In this document: positions 1 to 10,430 of the stretch, piece by piece
Layout of the letters: every line of letters starts with the position of its first letter
Position numbering within the stretch: position 1 is the stretch's first letter
Source: Candidatus Entotheonellaceae bacterium
Lineage (GTDB): Bacteria > Tectomicrobia > Entotheonellia > Entotheonellales > Entotheonellaceae
Assembly: GCA_965238075.1 (NCBI GenBank)
Contig: OZ250173.1
Coordinates: forward strand, 1,312,001-1,376,000
DNA length: 64,000 nucleotides
Direction: 5' to 3'
Notes under the pieces: model-generated
Told to the model about the DNA's origin: nothing
The model's database searches: none
Seen by the model: only the letters and a program-made list of their open reading frames with translations
Program-made: the position numbers and the translations under genes

Positions 1-77
1 TCCGGGAAGATGTGAGCGTAGTAGGTGCGCATCCACAGCAAATCCGAACGTGTGGACGGCAGGAAGACAAGCTTCAT
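1..77 (-). CDS. RelE/ParE-family toxin, N-terminal part (runs off window edge)
   Basis: ATG at 77 reads MKLVFLPSTRSDLLWMRTYYAHIFP, 3 bp after the antitoxin stop; ParE-like N-terminus. Confidence 0.7.
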   Translation of the reverse strand, partial: MKLVFLPSTRSDLLWMRTYYAHIFP

Positions 78-80
78 CGG

Positions 81-365
81 TCACTGCGAAGCGATTTGAA
101 CATCGGGCTCGGGCGGCGGAAGTTCCGAGTCCTCGCCCCAGGAAGAAACCCAGGCGTCCATCGCCTCCTGCGAGATGAAGGCACCTTCGCCGGCTTCCGA
201 GACAGCCGCGCGAATTGCGGCTCGTTTCTCGGCCCGGTCGCGCAGCATGGCCTCGATCGCCTTGACGGCAAGGTAGGATGCAGAACGCTCCTCGCGTCTC
301 GCTTCCTGTTCAAGGTTCTTTTTGAGATTCGCGTCGATTCGCAAGCTCAATCGTTCTGTCGTCAT
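81..365 (-). CDS. CopG/ribbon-helix-helix antitoxin
   Basis: MTTERLSLRIDANLKKNLEQEARREERSASYL (RHH) with C-terminal FISQEAMDAWVSSWG..ELPPP typical of ParD-like antitoxins. Confidence 0.85.
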   Translation of the reverse strand: MTTERLSLRIDANLKKNLEQEARREERSASYLAVKAIEAMLRDRAEKRAAIRAAVSEAGEGAFISQEAMDAWVSSWGEDSELPPPEPDVQIASQ

Positions 366-474
366 GCGGCAAATCCTCTGTATGGGTCGGCGGTTGTCGG
401 ACATGGTATGACAGTTGAGCGGGTTTGTCGAATCCCGACCCGGGACAGGTGCCATCTCACGATCATCCCAACCT

Positions 475-603
475 GGTGTCCGTAAGAGGCTCCTCTCTTG
501 CAAATTTCATCGTACCATGCAAATGATACACATATCAGGGCCGTTGCCCGGCACTTCGATGCGGCAACACGATGGCACGTTGAACCCACCTCTTACGGAC
601 ACC
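475..603. promoter_or_regulatory. Putative res site (resolvase binding subsites)
   Basis: Perfect 15-bp inverted repeat GGTGTCCGTAAGAGG (475-489) / CCTCTTACGGACACC (589-603) directly upstream of the resolvase. Confidence 0.6.
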
Positions 604-611
604 CCCAGCAG

Positions 612-1193
612 ATGACAGCAACCCTGATCGGCTACGCCCGTTGTTCCACGGACAGACAGGACCTGACGGCACAGGGACAGGCACTGAAGGACCTCGACGT
701 CGCACCGGACCGCATCTACACGGACAAGGGTCTGACCGGCACCAACCGCGCCCGGCCCGGCCTGGGTCAGGCCATGGCCGCAGTGCGCAAGGGCGACACC
801 CTGGTGGTGCCAAAGCTGGACCGCTTGGCGAGGTCGGTTCCCGATGCCCGGCACATCGCCGATCAACTGCAGGCCAAGGGGGTGAAACTTGCCCTGGGCC
901 GCAATATCCATGACCCCAGCGATCCGATGGGCAAGATGTTCTTCAACATCCTGGCTACCTTTGCCGAGTTCGAGGCCGATCTCATTCGGATGCGCACGCG
1001 TGAGGGAATGGCCATCGCCCGCGCCAAGGGCAAGTTGCGGGGCAAGCAACCAAAACTCTCCGACAAGCAGCAAAAGGAACTTTGCCGCATGCACGCCACC
1101 GGCGACTATTCGATTGGCGATCTGGCCGAGGTCTTCGCCGTATCGCGGCCGACCGTCTACCGGACGCTCAACCGCGCGGTTCCTTCCACATAG
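612..1193 (+). CDS. Serine recombinase (resolvase/invertase) with C-terminal HTH
   Basis: IGYARCSTDRQ, RPGL, VVPKLDRLARS, AEFEADLIRMRTREG, C-terminal HTH VSRPTVYR. Confidence 0.95.
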   Translation: MTATLIGYARCSTDRQDLTAQGQALKDLDVAPDRIYTDKGLTGTNRARPGLGQAMAAVRKGDTLVVPKLDRLARSVPDARHIADQLQAKGVKLALGRNIHDPSDPMGKMFFNILATFAEFEADLIRMRTREGMAIARAKGKLRGKQPKLSDKQQKELCRMHATGDYSIGDLAEVFAVSRPTVYRTLNRAVPST

Positions 1194-1423
1194 ATCGACC
1201 TGTCTTGGAGTGCCATGTAGCGCCAAAAGAATCGTGCCATTTAGCGTTGAAAGTCACAGGTGCGGGTGGTGGCGGTTGTAAGATCAAACGCCCGTTTGAT
1301 GAGAGGACGCCGCCGTGGTGGGCGAACGTGGTTTTCGGGCCTTTGGAAAGTCTGTGAAGGTCGAAGGGCAAAGACGCGGGCAGTGGAGATCCTGAAAAGA
1401 CGAGGACGGCGAGGGGCCGGATG

Positions 1424-1537
1424 TCAGGTCAGCACCCGCAGAGCCGTTTCAGGCGCCTTGTCAAGAACCCGCAGCAGAGCCTTGACGGCACCCGTGGGAC
1501 GGCGCTTACCCTGCTCCCAGTTGCGGATGGTTTCGTG
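1424..1537 (-). pseudogene. C-terminal fragment of an XRE-HTH (HigA-like) protein
   Basis: Minus strand reads ETIRNWEQGKRRPTGAVKALLRVLDKAPETALRVLT*; N-terminus missing. Confidence 0.7.
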
Positions 1538-1943
1538 CGCCATTGATCCGTACCGCGACCGCTACGAACGGGCCTTGGGGGTGTACGCCTTGCGTGGCGG
1601 GGACCTGAACGCCTGGCTGGTGTCGCAGGGCCATGCGCTGGCGTACAGGTGTTACAGCCTGGCGTATGTCGAACAGGAAAAGGCAGCCCGGGCAGCCGGT
1701 CGAGAGATCTGGGCAGGGGAGTTCGTGGCGCCCTGAGACTGGCGGGCCGGCGAGCGGCTGGCGGCAACACCCGAGAATTCACCAGGCGACGAACTCGGTG
1801 CCCTGGCCATCTACGATGACAACGGCAACGGCCGCTTCACGTGCAAGGAGGCGAGACACCATGGCATCGCGCCGGTGAGCAGAGACCATCCGGCTTATCC
1901 GTACATACACGACCGGGACGGTGGCGGCGTGGTCTGTGAATAG
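1534..1943 (+). pseudogene. Truncated thermonuclease (SNase) + Excalibur Ca-binding domain, paralogue of 7879-8576
   Basis: DRYERALG..DLNAWLVSQGHALAY..IWAGEFVAP*DWR (TGA at 1734 where the paralogue has TGG)...DRDGGGVVCE*; 5' half absent. Confidence 0.8.
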
Positions 1944-1946
1944 CGG

Positions 1947-2045
1947 CTACGACGGGATAAACCGTACAGGATTCAAGATGGGCGCGTCATGGTTGGTGAC
2001 GCTGTTCACCCGGGTGCTGACGGGGCGTTTCTCGAAGGCGCCGGC
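1947..2045 (-). pseudogene. Possible C-terminal remnant of an SOS-response-associated peptidase (SRAP)
   Basis: AFEKRPVSTRVNSVTNHDAPILNPV resembles the SRAP C-terminal PVSxxVNxxxN motif; rest not recognisable. Confidence 0.3.
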
Positions 2046-2415
2046 GCAAGCAGCGCCGCGCCGCCAGCTATCTTGGTACAACAGGCCAAGCCGAGGCCCA
2101 TCCTGCAGCTTTTTGCCTTCCATCAAACCCCCTTTAAAGCGCCTGATACCGCACGCCGCGTCCCAAACAACAAAATCGCCTCCGCTGCCGGCACCAAAAA
2201 CGTGGCCAACACGGCTACGAGTGTTCCCGCAGCTTGGCCCTCGAGCCAGGTCTGAAGCCCTACCGCCGCCCAGAAATTTCCACCCGGCGAACCGCCGAAC
2301 TGGTTGAAGGCGTCGTCGCCTCAAGCAGAGCATCGTTGGGGAGACCGGAGGGAACCGCTTGGCCCGGCGCCGCGCACGGGGTCCTGCAGGCGGCCGAAGC
2401 CCCCGCTGGCCTACG

Positions 2416-2703
2416 TTAATTGCTCTGGAAGAGCCCACCGGCCTTCCAGTTGTACTGCCCGGAAGCCGTCCGGTTGTTGCCGACGCTATTGCTGCTAGCG
2501 GTGCTTCCTTGGCCGTTTTGCACGTGCACGTTGCAGCCCGTAAAGATGACATCGTCGACCGTACCCGCTCCCGACGCCGTGGCCATGCAGTCCGGGATGG
2601 CGTTTTGCAGGGCGGTAATCTGGGCTTGCAAGCTCGGGGTCTGTGCCGTAGATGGCAAGGCAGTGAGCCCACCGCACAGCATCACCAATACCAGGGCCTT
2701 CAT
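2416..2703 (-). CDS. Small secreted hypothetical protein, possibly internally deleted
   Basis: Signal-peptide-like MKALVLVMLCGGLTALPSTA, then IFTGCNVHVQNGQGST and NRTASGQYNWKAGGLFQSN. Confidence 0.45.
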   Translation of the reverse strand: MKALVLVMLCGGLTALPSTAQTPSLQAQITALQNAIPDCMATASGAGTVDDVIFTGCNVHVQNGQGSTASSNSVGNNRTASGQYNWKAGGLFQSN

Positions 2704-4168
2704 GAGTCGCGTCAAGGGTTGGAGTGCCGTCGGAAACGGTGCGGTATCGGAACCGCCGGAGCCAGAAGAGCCGGCGACGTGAGTGGGAAAACGATTAAGC
2801 ACACCGTCTCCGAATTATTCAAGCTTTTATGTTTTTATTTTCAAATAGTTATATGCGGATATTGTATTTTGTTGCATATTTCGTAAATTTGTGTATGTCA
2901 TTAGCCTATGTTCGAGGAGGAAACGTTACACTGTTGGAGTTCTCCCCTCAGCCAGCAGGTCAGAAATGTCTCACTCCAGTCGAACTTAGAGAGCTTCAGG
3001 GAGCCTCCTTATAAGGCGCCAGCAATGCACATTGTCTGGATCAGCTTGCAGACCTTCCTTCGCCGTGCGGCGGGCACTTTCTTCTTCGCCAGAGTGTAGG
3101 TATAGCCATGCAAGCCGGGATAGATCCGTCGCCGATGCGCCCTGTCGACGTGATTCCATGAGCTTGGCCAACGGCTTGAAGAGAGCACTGCGCTGGACAG
3201 CATCCATTTCATCAATGATTTCACGGCCACTGTTGACATGATTTGCCATAATGCTGACTTCATTCAGATCCGGTTCCTTAATCTTGGCGGCATTCAAGAA
3301 GGCATTACAGCTTCCAATAATATTTCCTATCTGATTATAGAGACGGGCCAACCGAATCCACGCCTTCTGAGTTTCCTCACTCACTGAATTCTGCTCAAGG
3401 AAATGCTCAACGCATTTGATCTCGCGTTGAGAGCCGCCACCGGTTTCCCTCTCAAGGTCGGCGCACATCAGCCAAGCTGGGGGATAATTCTGGGCCATGA
3501 ATTCCAGCATTAGCCGCACTTTGTCTATGGAATAACTACCTCTGCTAATCTGAAGGGCGACCCTCTTGAACAAAGACTCAATGCGCGGGTAGTTACCCCT
3601 TCTCAGGTCAGTATTCATGGTAGGTCCCATACTCCGAAGAAACTCGATATCATCCTGAATCAACTGGTAATCATGGCTGACTTCAAGTTTTCTGTGGCCA
3701 AACAATGCGGTTATGGTGGGCACTCCGAGGAAGTCGGGCCCATCCTCCACCTCGGTTCGTTCCAAGAGTGACATGCGAACAAGTTCGTCGACAGCTGCTT
3801 CTGGGTCCAGCCTTTCAGAACTTCGCCAACGGAGTACTGCCTCAAGGGCGAGCTGAGGTACAAGAGAACGCCATCCGCTAAGCGTCAGAAAAATACGTTT
3901 GGCCAACGGGGATAAATTGTCATATGTACGCTCAAACAGTGCGTTCAGAATATCGTCCTTACGAGCCAACATCTGGCTGGGCTTGCCAAAAGTGCCCTTG
4001 TCCGCTATTTCCCCCAGAATGATCTTGATTACATATGGATGCCCGTCTGATTCATCAATGATTTGCTCCGTCTGTTCAGAACTGATCCTGTCCAAAATGC
4101 CGAGACTTCCGGCGCTTTTCCGAATCAGCTCCTTAGCTTCTGCGTATTCCATACCAGAAACTTCTATA

Positions 4169-5461
4169 GGGCATCTCTAATAATACCCATCTCCCACATG
4201 GTTTAGAATTACTGAAACACGTCAACCAGCAAGGCCGGAGGAGTTGAACATGTCTCAGATGGGCTTTTTCGATGTCGAGAATCGCTACGCCGCTCTGGAT
4301 GCCAAGAACGATCCCTTGGTGAAAATCAATGCCGTCGTTCCTTGGGAAGCATTCCGCAGCCGCCTGGAGAACGTCTGGCGCAAGCCAGCCGACAAGCGCA
4401 AGTCCAATTCGGGGTGCAAGCCGTGGGAGCGCCATGCCATCGTCATGTTCAAAGCCATCATTTTGTGCGCCCTCTACAATCTGTCGGATGATCAAGTCGA
4501 GTATCAAATGCGCGACCGCCTGTCCTTCGTGCGCTTCTTGGGACTGGCACTTGAAGACAAGGTGCCGGACGCCAAAACCGTGTGGCTCTACCGCGAGCAG
4601 TTGTCACAGGCTGGCCTCATCGATGCCTTGTTTGAGGATTTCGACGGCTACCTGAAAAACCAGGGCTACCAGGCAATGGGTGGTCAGATCATAGATGCTT
4701 CGATTGTCGCGGTTCCCATCCAGCGCAATCGTCGTGACGACAATGAGCAGATCAAGCGCGGTGAGCTACCCGAGGCCTGGGCCGACAAGCCGGCCAAGCG
4801 TCGGCAAAAAGACAGGGATGCGCGCTGGACCAAGAAGCACGGCAAGAGCCACTATGGCTACAAGAATCACGTCAACATCGACCGTCGGCACAAGCTGATA
4901 CGGCGTTACCGGGTGACGGACGCAGCGGTGCATGACAGCCAAGTGCTTGAGGAGTTGTTGGCGTCGGACAACACGGCAAGCGGTGTCTGGGCGGACAGCG
5001 CCTACCGGTCGAAAGACACTGAAGCGAAGGTGAAAGCCAGGGGCTTGACGAGTCGGATTCATCGCAAGGCTTCTCGCAACCGCCCGTTGCGCGATTGGGA
5101 GAAAGCGGGCAACCAGAGTCGTTCCCGATTTCGGGCTCGGATAGAGCATGTCTTCGGCGCGCAGCACAACGACATGGGCGGGACTCTGGTTCGCAGCATG
5201 GGGCTTGTACGGGCGAGGGCGCGCATAGGTCTTAAGAACCTTGCCTACAACATGCGGCGCCTGGTTCACTTGCAACGTCTGGCGATGGTGGATTCACGCT
5301 AAAGGGCGCAGCGGGGTGCCGGATGCCCTCTTTGAAGGCGCCATGGCTCCTGTTGAGGAGCGACATCACCACGCAAACCGCCGTTTATTCTCTGTCGCCA
5401 TGGCGCGGCAAAGTCACTCACGCCAGTTTTGCCCGCCAGTGAGTCATTTTTCGAGGCGCCC
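4169..5461 (+). mobile_element. IS5-family insertion sequence
   Basis: Imperfect IRs GGGCATCTCTAA / GGGCGCCTCGAA; target duplication TATA (4165-4168 / 5462-5465), or CTATAG if the ends are 1 bp shorter. Confidence 0.92.
4250..5302 (+). CDS. IS5-family DDE transposase
   Basis: VPDAKTVWLYRE, IIDASIV, DARWTKKHGKSHYGYKNH, WADSAY, RARIEHVFG, NLAYNMRR. Confidence 0.95.
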   Translation: MSQMGFFDVENRYAALDAKNDPLVKINAVVPWEAFRSRLENVWRKPADKRKSNSGCKPWERHAIVMFKAIILCALYNLSDDQVEYQMRDRLSFVRFLGLALEDKVPDAKTVWLYREQLSQAGLIDALFEDFDGYLKNQGYQAMGGQIIDASIVAVPIQRNRRDDNEQIKRGELPEAWADKPAKRRQKDRDARWTKKHGKSHYGYKNHVNIDRRHKLIRRYRVTDAAVHDSQVLEELLASDNTASGVWADSAYRSKDTEAKVKARGLTSRIHRKASRNRPLRDWEKAGNQSRSRFRARIEHVFGAQHNDMGGTLVRSMGLVRARARIGLKNLAYNMRRLVHLQRLAMVDSR

Positions 5462-7208
5462 TATAGGGAAATCGGCTTTGAAGTCACGGAAACGGGTTGT
5501 TATGACCGCCTTGTTTGGCAGTCTGATGTTTGTGTCAATCCAGTGATACAGGTCAATCGGGCTGCGGACAGTTTCAAAGTTGTCAAAGACAAACAGTTTG
5601 GGACTATCTTCAGAACCATGCATGGCCTGCGGCATGGTGTTGGTGCTGGGATCGGCCACAAGGCTAGTGATCAACTTCGTATATTCCTTGTCAATTTCCT
5701 TTTCGGTGAGTGTCTTGGGTTGAACAACCTTTGGACCGGTTGGGGTCAGATCGATATCTCTTGCGCTAAACCATACGATCATCCCGTACCTATCCGTACG
5801 GGCGACTTCGTGCAGAACGCTGAGCGCGAGTGAGGTTTTACCAATGCCGCCTTGGCCAACGAGTGTGACAATCGGATGTCGGTCATTGGTCAACTTGTCT
5901 CGTATGTCCTGTTCGAGAGAAGGGCGCGTAACGTAACCAACCGGGTTGGCTGGCAAGTTAGTAAAAACTTCCCCGATGATGTCAAATTCGCTCAAACCCT
6001 CCGTCTCACTGGGAGGTCGATCCGATGGGGGTGTCAGGTACGGTTGAGCATCTCCTTTCCGGCGATTATCCGTGATAGGTGAATGCAATTCGTAGCTCTG
6101 GCCGTTAAATTTCCCATTGGGCATAAAGAAGTCAGTAGCGTCAAGATCGCTGCCAAGAAGAGGAACCAGTCTTGGCCTGCCTGCCCACAAATAAACGCCG
6201 TCCGGGTAGTTCTCCCCGTCTTCCGCCGCCGCTGTCTTCAACTCCGAAAAACAAGATGTATCGCCACCAAGTTCGATGACGTTATATCTCCCTGACAGGT
6301 TTCGATGCAGGTAGGCCCAAGGCAGTCGAAATAAAGGAGTGTTCTCAAGTAACAGTTCAATGGAACTTCGCAGACTTCGCACGAGACTGGCGCAGGTAGC
6401 TGGCGTTATTGCACCATGGCCACGGGTCTTGTTCCGCAGTTCAACAAATTTTGTGAACCAGGCACGCAGGTATACCTTTCTGCCCATGGGTTGGGCGTCA
6501 GAATAAACTCCTTCTAAAGCCTCTTGCAGGTCGCACATAGCTCTGTACTGCCAGCTATCAGTCTCAGCCCGCTGTTTAAACACAAGGAGGGCTTCATCAA
6601 AAGGAGGGGAAATTTGTTGCCAGGCCGGACCGGTACAAATGTCATCAAAGACATTCGCCCAGTCCCCAATCCCGGCGGCCCTGACGAGCCTGTGCAAGAA
6701 CTGGTACTTATAATTCTCTCTGTTGTCTTCAACTGAGGCGACGGAGGAGGCTGTTGACGTCGAGGTCTAGCACAATGAGCTTTATCGCAAATTCGCCTGC
6801 ATAGAGGAGCTCATAAAACAGTATGGGGTCGGATTCACCATTCGTTTCGACTCGCTCCATCATTTTTTTTATTGGCGTGAAGGGCATTGACTTTCTCCTC
6901 GGTCCAGGGAGGGACCCTTGACGTATTCGGCGTGAGTGCTAAGGTCGAATTTACAACACGGGGTATACAGAGCGGGAAGATCAACGGTAATTCCTTAAGA
7001 ACACAGTAGCACCCTGTTGGCCCTCTTTCAAAGTCTCTTCACCGCAGATCAGGGCGAACAGACAGTCCAAACATCCCAGACGGGGATCAGTCGTCGCAAA
7101 AACGTCCGTTAAACGAAACGGCGCCAAGCCGTCCCAGAAAACACACCGTTGGCCCATCTTGGCGTGATCCCCTGTCCACAAGACTTTCATGTCATCCGGT
7201 CATTCAGG

Positions 7209-7236
7209 TTGCCAAGCGTAACAATACATATACGAT
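7209..7236 (+). promoter_or_regulatory. sigma70-like promoter with short inverted operator upstream of higBA
   Basis: TTGCCA-16 nt-TACGAT, overlapped by CGTA-N10-TACG. Confidence 0.5.
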
Positions 7237-7241
7237 CAGGC

Positions 7242-7526
7242 ATGATACGCAACTTCAGCAGGAACCGGCTCAAGCGATTTTTCGAGCGCGGCGACAAGAG
7301 AGGTATTCATGCCGACCCGCGCGACACCGTGCGTGACATTCTGGCGCGCTTAAACGCTTCCACATCGCCTGAAGACATGAACCTGTCCGGTTTGCGGCTC
7401 CACCCCCTGAGGGGAAACCAACAGGGTTTCGGGTCGGTGACGGTACAGGCAAATTGGCGAGTCATTTTCCGCTTCGATGCAGGTGATGCCGTCGACGTCG
7501 ATTACCTGGATTATCACGAGAGGTAA
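7242..7526 (+). CDS. higB: HigB (RelE-like) toxin
   Basis: [43 protein letters not shown]. Confidence 0.9.
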   Translation: MIRNFSRNRLKRFFERGDKRGIHADPRDTVRDILARLNASTSPEDMNLSGLRLHPLRGNQQGFGSVTVQANWRVIFRFDAGDAVDVDYLDYHER

Positions 7527-7530
7527 GACC

Positions 7531-7818
7531 ATGCGGATGCACGATCCACCCCATCCCGGTCAAGTCATCAAGCGGCAGTGTCTGGTCCCTTTGCGGTTGA
7601 CCGTGACTGAGGCCGCAAAAGGGCTTGGTGTATCGCGCAATACGCTGTCGATGCTGCTCAATGGCCGCCTCGGGATATCGCCGGAGATGGCGATTCGTCT
7701 GTCACAGGGCTTCGGCGGCAGCCCGGAGAGCTGGTTGCAGCAGCAGATGCAGTACGACCTGTGGCAGGCGCAGCAACGCCAGGGCAAGATCAAGGTGAGG
7801 AAATTCGAGGCCGCATAG
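7531..7818 (+). CDS. higA: HigA antitoxin (XRE HTH)
   Basis: [48 protein letters not shown]. Confidence 0.92.
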   Translation: MRMHDPPHPGQVIKRQCLVPLRLTVTEAAKGLGVSRNTLSMLLNGRLGISPEMAIRLSQGFGGSPESWLQQQMQYDLWQAQQRQGKIKVRKFEAA

Positions 7819-7878
7819 CGACGCGGTGTCGATGACCTGTCAAGAACACCGCGTGCCTGGGCGGAACTGGCGCTGCGA

Positions 7879-8576
7879 TGTGGAGGGTTTTGCTTTGCTG
7901 TTTCACATCTTGATCGTTGTCGTGTGCATGGCTAGCTGGCTGCTGCCGTTGGTTGAGGGCGCCGATACCACCATCGTCGGCGGGGCGAGACGCGGGTAAT
8001 CGACGGGGACACCCTGGAAGTGAAAGGGGAGCGCGTGAGGCTCAAGGAAATCGACGCGCCGGAGAAGGGACAATTGTGCGAGAACGCTGCTGGCAAACTT
8101 TATCCGTGCGGCCAGGTGGTAATCGGCGTGCTGCTCGGACGCATCGGCGACAGCAACGTGGCGTGCGCTATTGATCGGCAGCGCGACCGCTACGGACGGG
8201 CCCTGGGGTGTGCTCCGTGCACGGCGCAGACCTGAACGCCTGGCTGGTGTCCCAGGGCTATGCGTTGGCGTACAGGCGCTATAGCCTGCGGTATGTGGAA
8301 CAGGAAGAGGCAGCTCGGGCAGCCGGGCGAGGCCTGTGGGCAGGAGACTTCGTGGCGCCCTGGGACTGGCGGGCCGGCGAGCGGCTGTGGGCGAGGTCGC
8401 CGACCGTGGAATCACCAGGCGACGAGCTCGATGCCCCGGCCATGTACGACGACAACAGCAACGGCCGGATCACGTGCAAGGAGGCGAGGCGACATGGCAT
8501 CGCGCCGGTGAGCAGAGACCATCCGGCGCATCCATACATGGACGACCGGGACGGTGACGGTGTGGTCTGTGAATAA
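7879..8576 (+). pseudogene. Secreted thermonuclease + Excalibur domain, two frameshifts
   Basis: Hydrophobic leader, VIDGDTLEV..RVRLKEIDAPE..DRYGRALG, GLWAGDFVAPWDWR, DRDGDGVVCE; frame breaks near 7990 and 8208. Confidence 0.85.
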
Positions 8577-8916
8577 GCGAATTACCCCCCTTGTCTGACC
8601 TTGTCCTGGGGGAAAGATCGTGCTGTGTGCCATCCTCGTGCGCTGTTTGGTGGGGCGGCGGCCCAAATTTCCGACAAGCGACCGCTTTCTGCAGGGCCTA
8701 GGATGCATCCGGATCGGCTGCCGGGGAGCTGCACGACGTCGGCCCGGATGTCGGTTTCATCCCACCGGGGCACCAAAAAGCGGCGGTTGTTGTGCCCGTC
8801 TCCCCACCGCCTTCGGACGATTTCGGCGCTTTTCCGGCATCCGGTGGGACGTTCTGGAGGCCTGCGGCGCCAGATCGCGCAAGTCCAGTAACGACGCGGG
8901 TTTCAGCCAATGGCAA

Positions 8917-8945
8917 AGTTTATATATAATAGTCTTATCGGAAGT
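8917..8945 (-). other. Degenerate XerC/XerD (dif-like) site
   Basis: Minus strand ACTTCCGATAA-GACTA-TTATATATAAACT; good XerC-like arm, but 5-bp spacer and extra TA in the XerD-like arm. Confidence 0.5.
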
Positions 8946-8975
8946 TGGCGTAGACGACAGAGGGAGGAATGATAG

Positions 8976-9742
8976 ATGCCAGAGACGAAGCGACTCTATT
9001 ACTTTACACCGACAAAATACGGCTTGAAGGCCGTAAAACACCTACGACTGAAAACTGCTGAACTGGACAAGGTAAACGACCCTTACGAATTATTGCCATT
9101 TCAACCGAAGAACAACATTTCGGATGAAGCATTTCAGCGGATTAAAAATAATCTATCAAAGACAATTAAGATAGTCTGCCTTAGCAAGACATACCACAAT
9201 CCTTCGTTGTGGGGACACTATGCTGATAAAGGTAAGGGAATATGTCTCGGTTTTGATATAAAAAAAGATAACAGTGAGATACTTTTGGAAAAAATAAAAT
9301 ATACGAAAGACAAATTGACAACTAGCTTTGGAGATAGCTGGGTGGATGGAGAACTATCCATTGATGACATCAATAATCATAATTTCTATAAAGACATGCG
9401 ACGTCACAAATCACATCACTGGAAACACGAAAAGGAATGGCGTACCTGGACCGTTGCCAAAGACCTAGAACTAGACCCAATTACCGGCTTTTACTTTTTA
9501 CATTTCGGATTGCATTTCGAAAGCCCGTTAAGACTACGTAAGATATTGATCGGGCCTCGCAGCGAGGAGGAAAACATAAAAAGCAACGTTGCCGGCTTGA
9601 AAGGTTGACCGCCGACTACCCTGAGCCAAAACCGAAGATTATCTTCACCCGCCCATCATCTTCCACTTTTAAGATCGGCTGCGTCGATATGCAGCTTGTA
9701 GCCGACCCAGGATTCAAGATGGATAAAGATAGGCAAAAGTAA
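8976..9742 (+). CDS. DUF2971-family protein, probable frameshift near the C-terminus
   Basis: LYYFT, VNDPYE, SLWGHYADKGKGICLGF, KSHHWKHEKEWR, ILIGPR; AT-rich; ORF stops at 9608 but another frame continues KIIFTRPSSSTFKI to TAA at 9742. Confidence 0.8.
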
Positions 9743-9764
9743 CATAACCGCCCTTATGCGAAGT
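9737..9764 (-). other. XerC/XerD (dif/pdif-like) recombination site
   Basis: Minus strand ACTTCGCATAA-GGGCGG-TTATGTTACTT: 11-6-11 architecture matching dif GGTGCGCATAA-N6-TTATGTTAAAT. Confidence 0.78.
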
Positions 9765-9785
9765 TTGCGGTCAAGGAGGTGACTC

Positions 9786-10430
9786 TTGATGCGATATCGA
9801 GGCTTGTACTTGCTGATGTGCGGGCTTGTTCTCGCAGCGGCAGTGGACGCGGCGCAGGACAAAAATATTGCCGAGCAGGAGCGGCCATTCAGTCGTACCT
9901 CGGTCTCGTTTAAAGATCCAAAAGGAGCTAGAAAACCGGTCAAGGTGACTCTTGATGCGAGGTGTTCTCGCAGCGGCAGTGGACGCGGCGCAGGACAAAA
10001 ATATTGCCGAGCAGGAGCGGCCATTCAGTCGTACCTCGGTCTCGTTTTCCAGGAGCTAGAAAACCACAAGCGAAGGTCGCCGAGCGCAGTGGCCTGGACG
10101 GCCGGGTCGTGTTGCGTTTCACCCTGCGCCGGGACGGGGTAGTACTCAACCCGGAGGTCATCGAGGTCACTGGGCATGATTCGTTTCGCGAGGCGGCACT
10201 GCAAGCCTTGGCGGGGGTCGGTCAATTGCCACGGTTTCCCGACGAGATTCGACGCCGTGAACTCTTGGTGGAAGTGCCCATTAACTATCGGATTGTAGAA
10301 AGCCCATTGCGCCGGGACGGGGTAGTACTCAACCCGGAGGGTCGAGGCAGCAAGCCTTGGCGGGGGTCGGGTAATTCGACGCCGTGAACTCGCCCATTAA
10401 CTATCGGATTGTAGAAAGGTCCAGTTCGAA
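9786..10430 (+). pseudogene. TonB C-terminal domain protein, scrambled by tandem duplications and deletions
   Basis: Signal peptide MRYRGLYLLMCGLVLAAAVDA; AERSGLDGRVVLRFTLRRDGVVLNPEVIEVTGHDSFREAALQAL..VEVPINY; repeated blocks. Confidence 0.7.

Larger units (their letters stand above)
2986..6887 (-). pseudogene. NB-ARC (STAND NTPase) + TPR-like protein, interrupted by IS5 and frameshifted near the 5' end
   Basis: Walker A GQGGIGKT, Walker B LFVFDNFE, VITTR, GHPYVI motif, helical C-terminus; removing the IS restores ADFPI-EVSGMEY in frame; ATG 6887 with GAGGAG RBS; frame change near 6755-6775. Confidence 0.85.

Noticed and set aside
1201-1260. GTGCCAT(G/T)TAGCG repeated at 24-bp spacing, like an IS21 end
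   Set aside because: No istA/istB or partner end found; too short to call
1734-1736. In-frame TGA in the nuclease copy as Sec or recoded Trp
   Set aside because: It aligns to TGG in the paralogue, the gene is 5'-truncated, and TGA is a normal stop elsewhere in the window
1967-9722. Exact 15-mer CAGGATTCAAGATGG at ~1967 and ~9708
   Set aside because: A 15-bp match can occur by chance in 64 kb and there is no supporting boundary evidence
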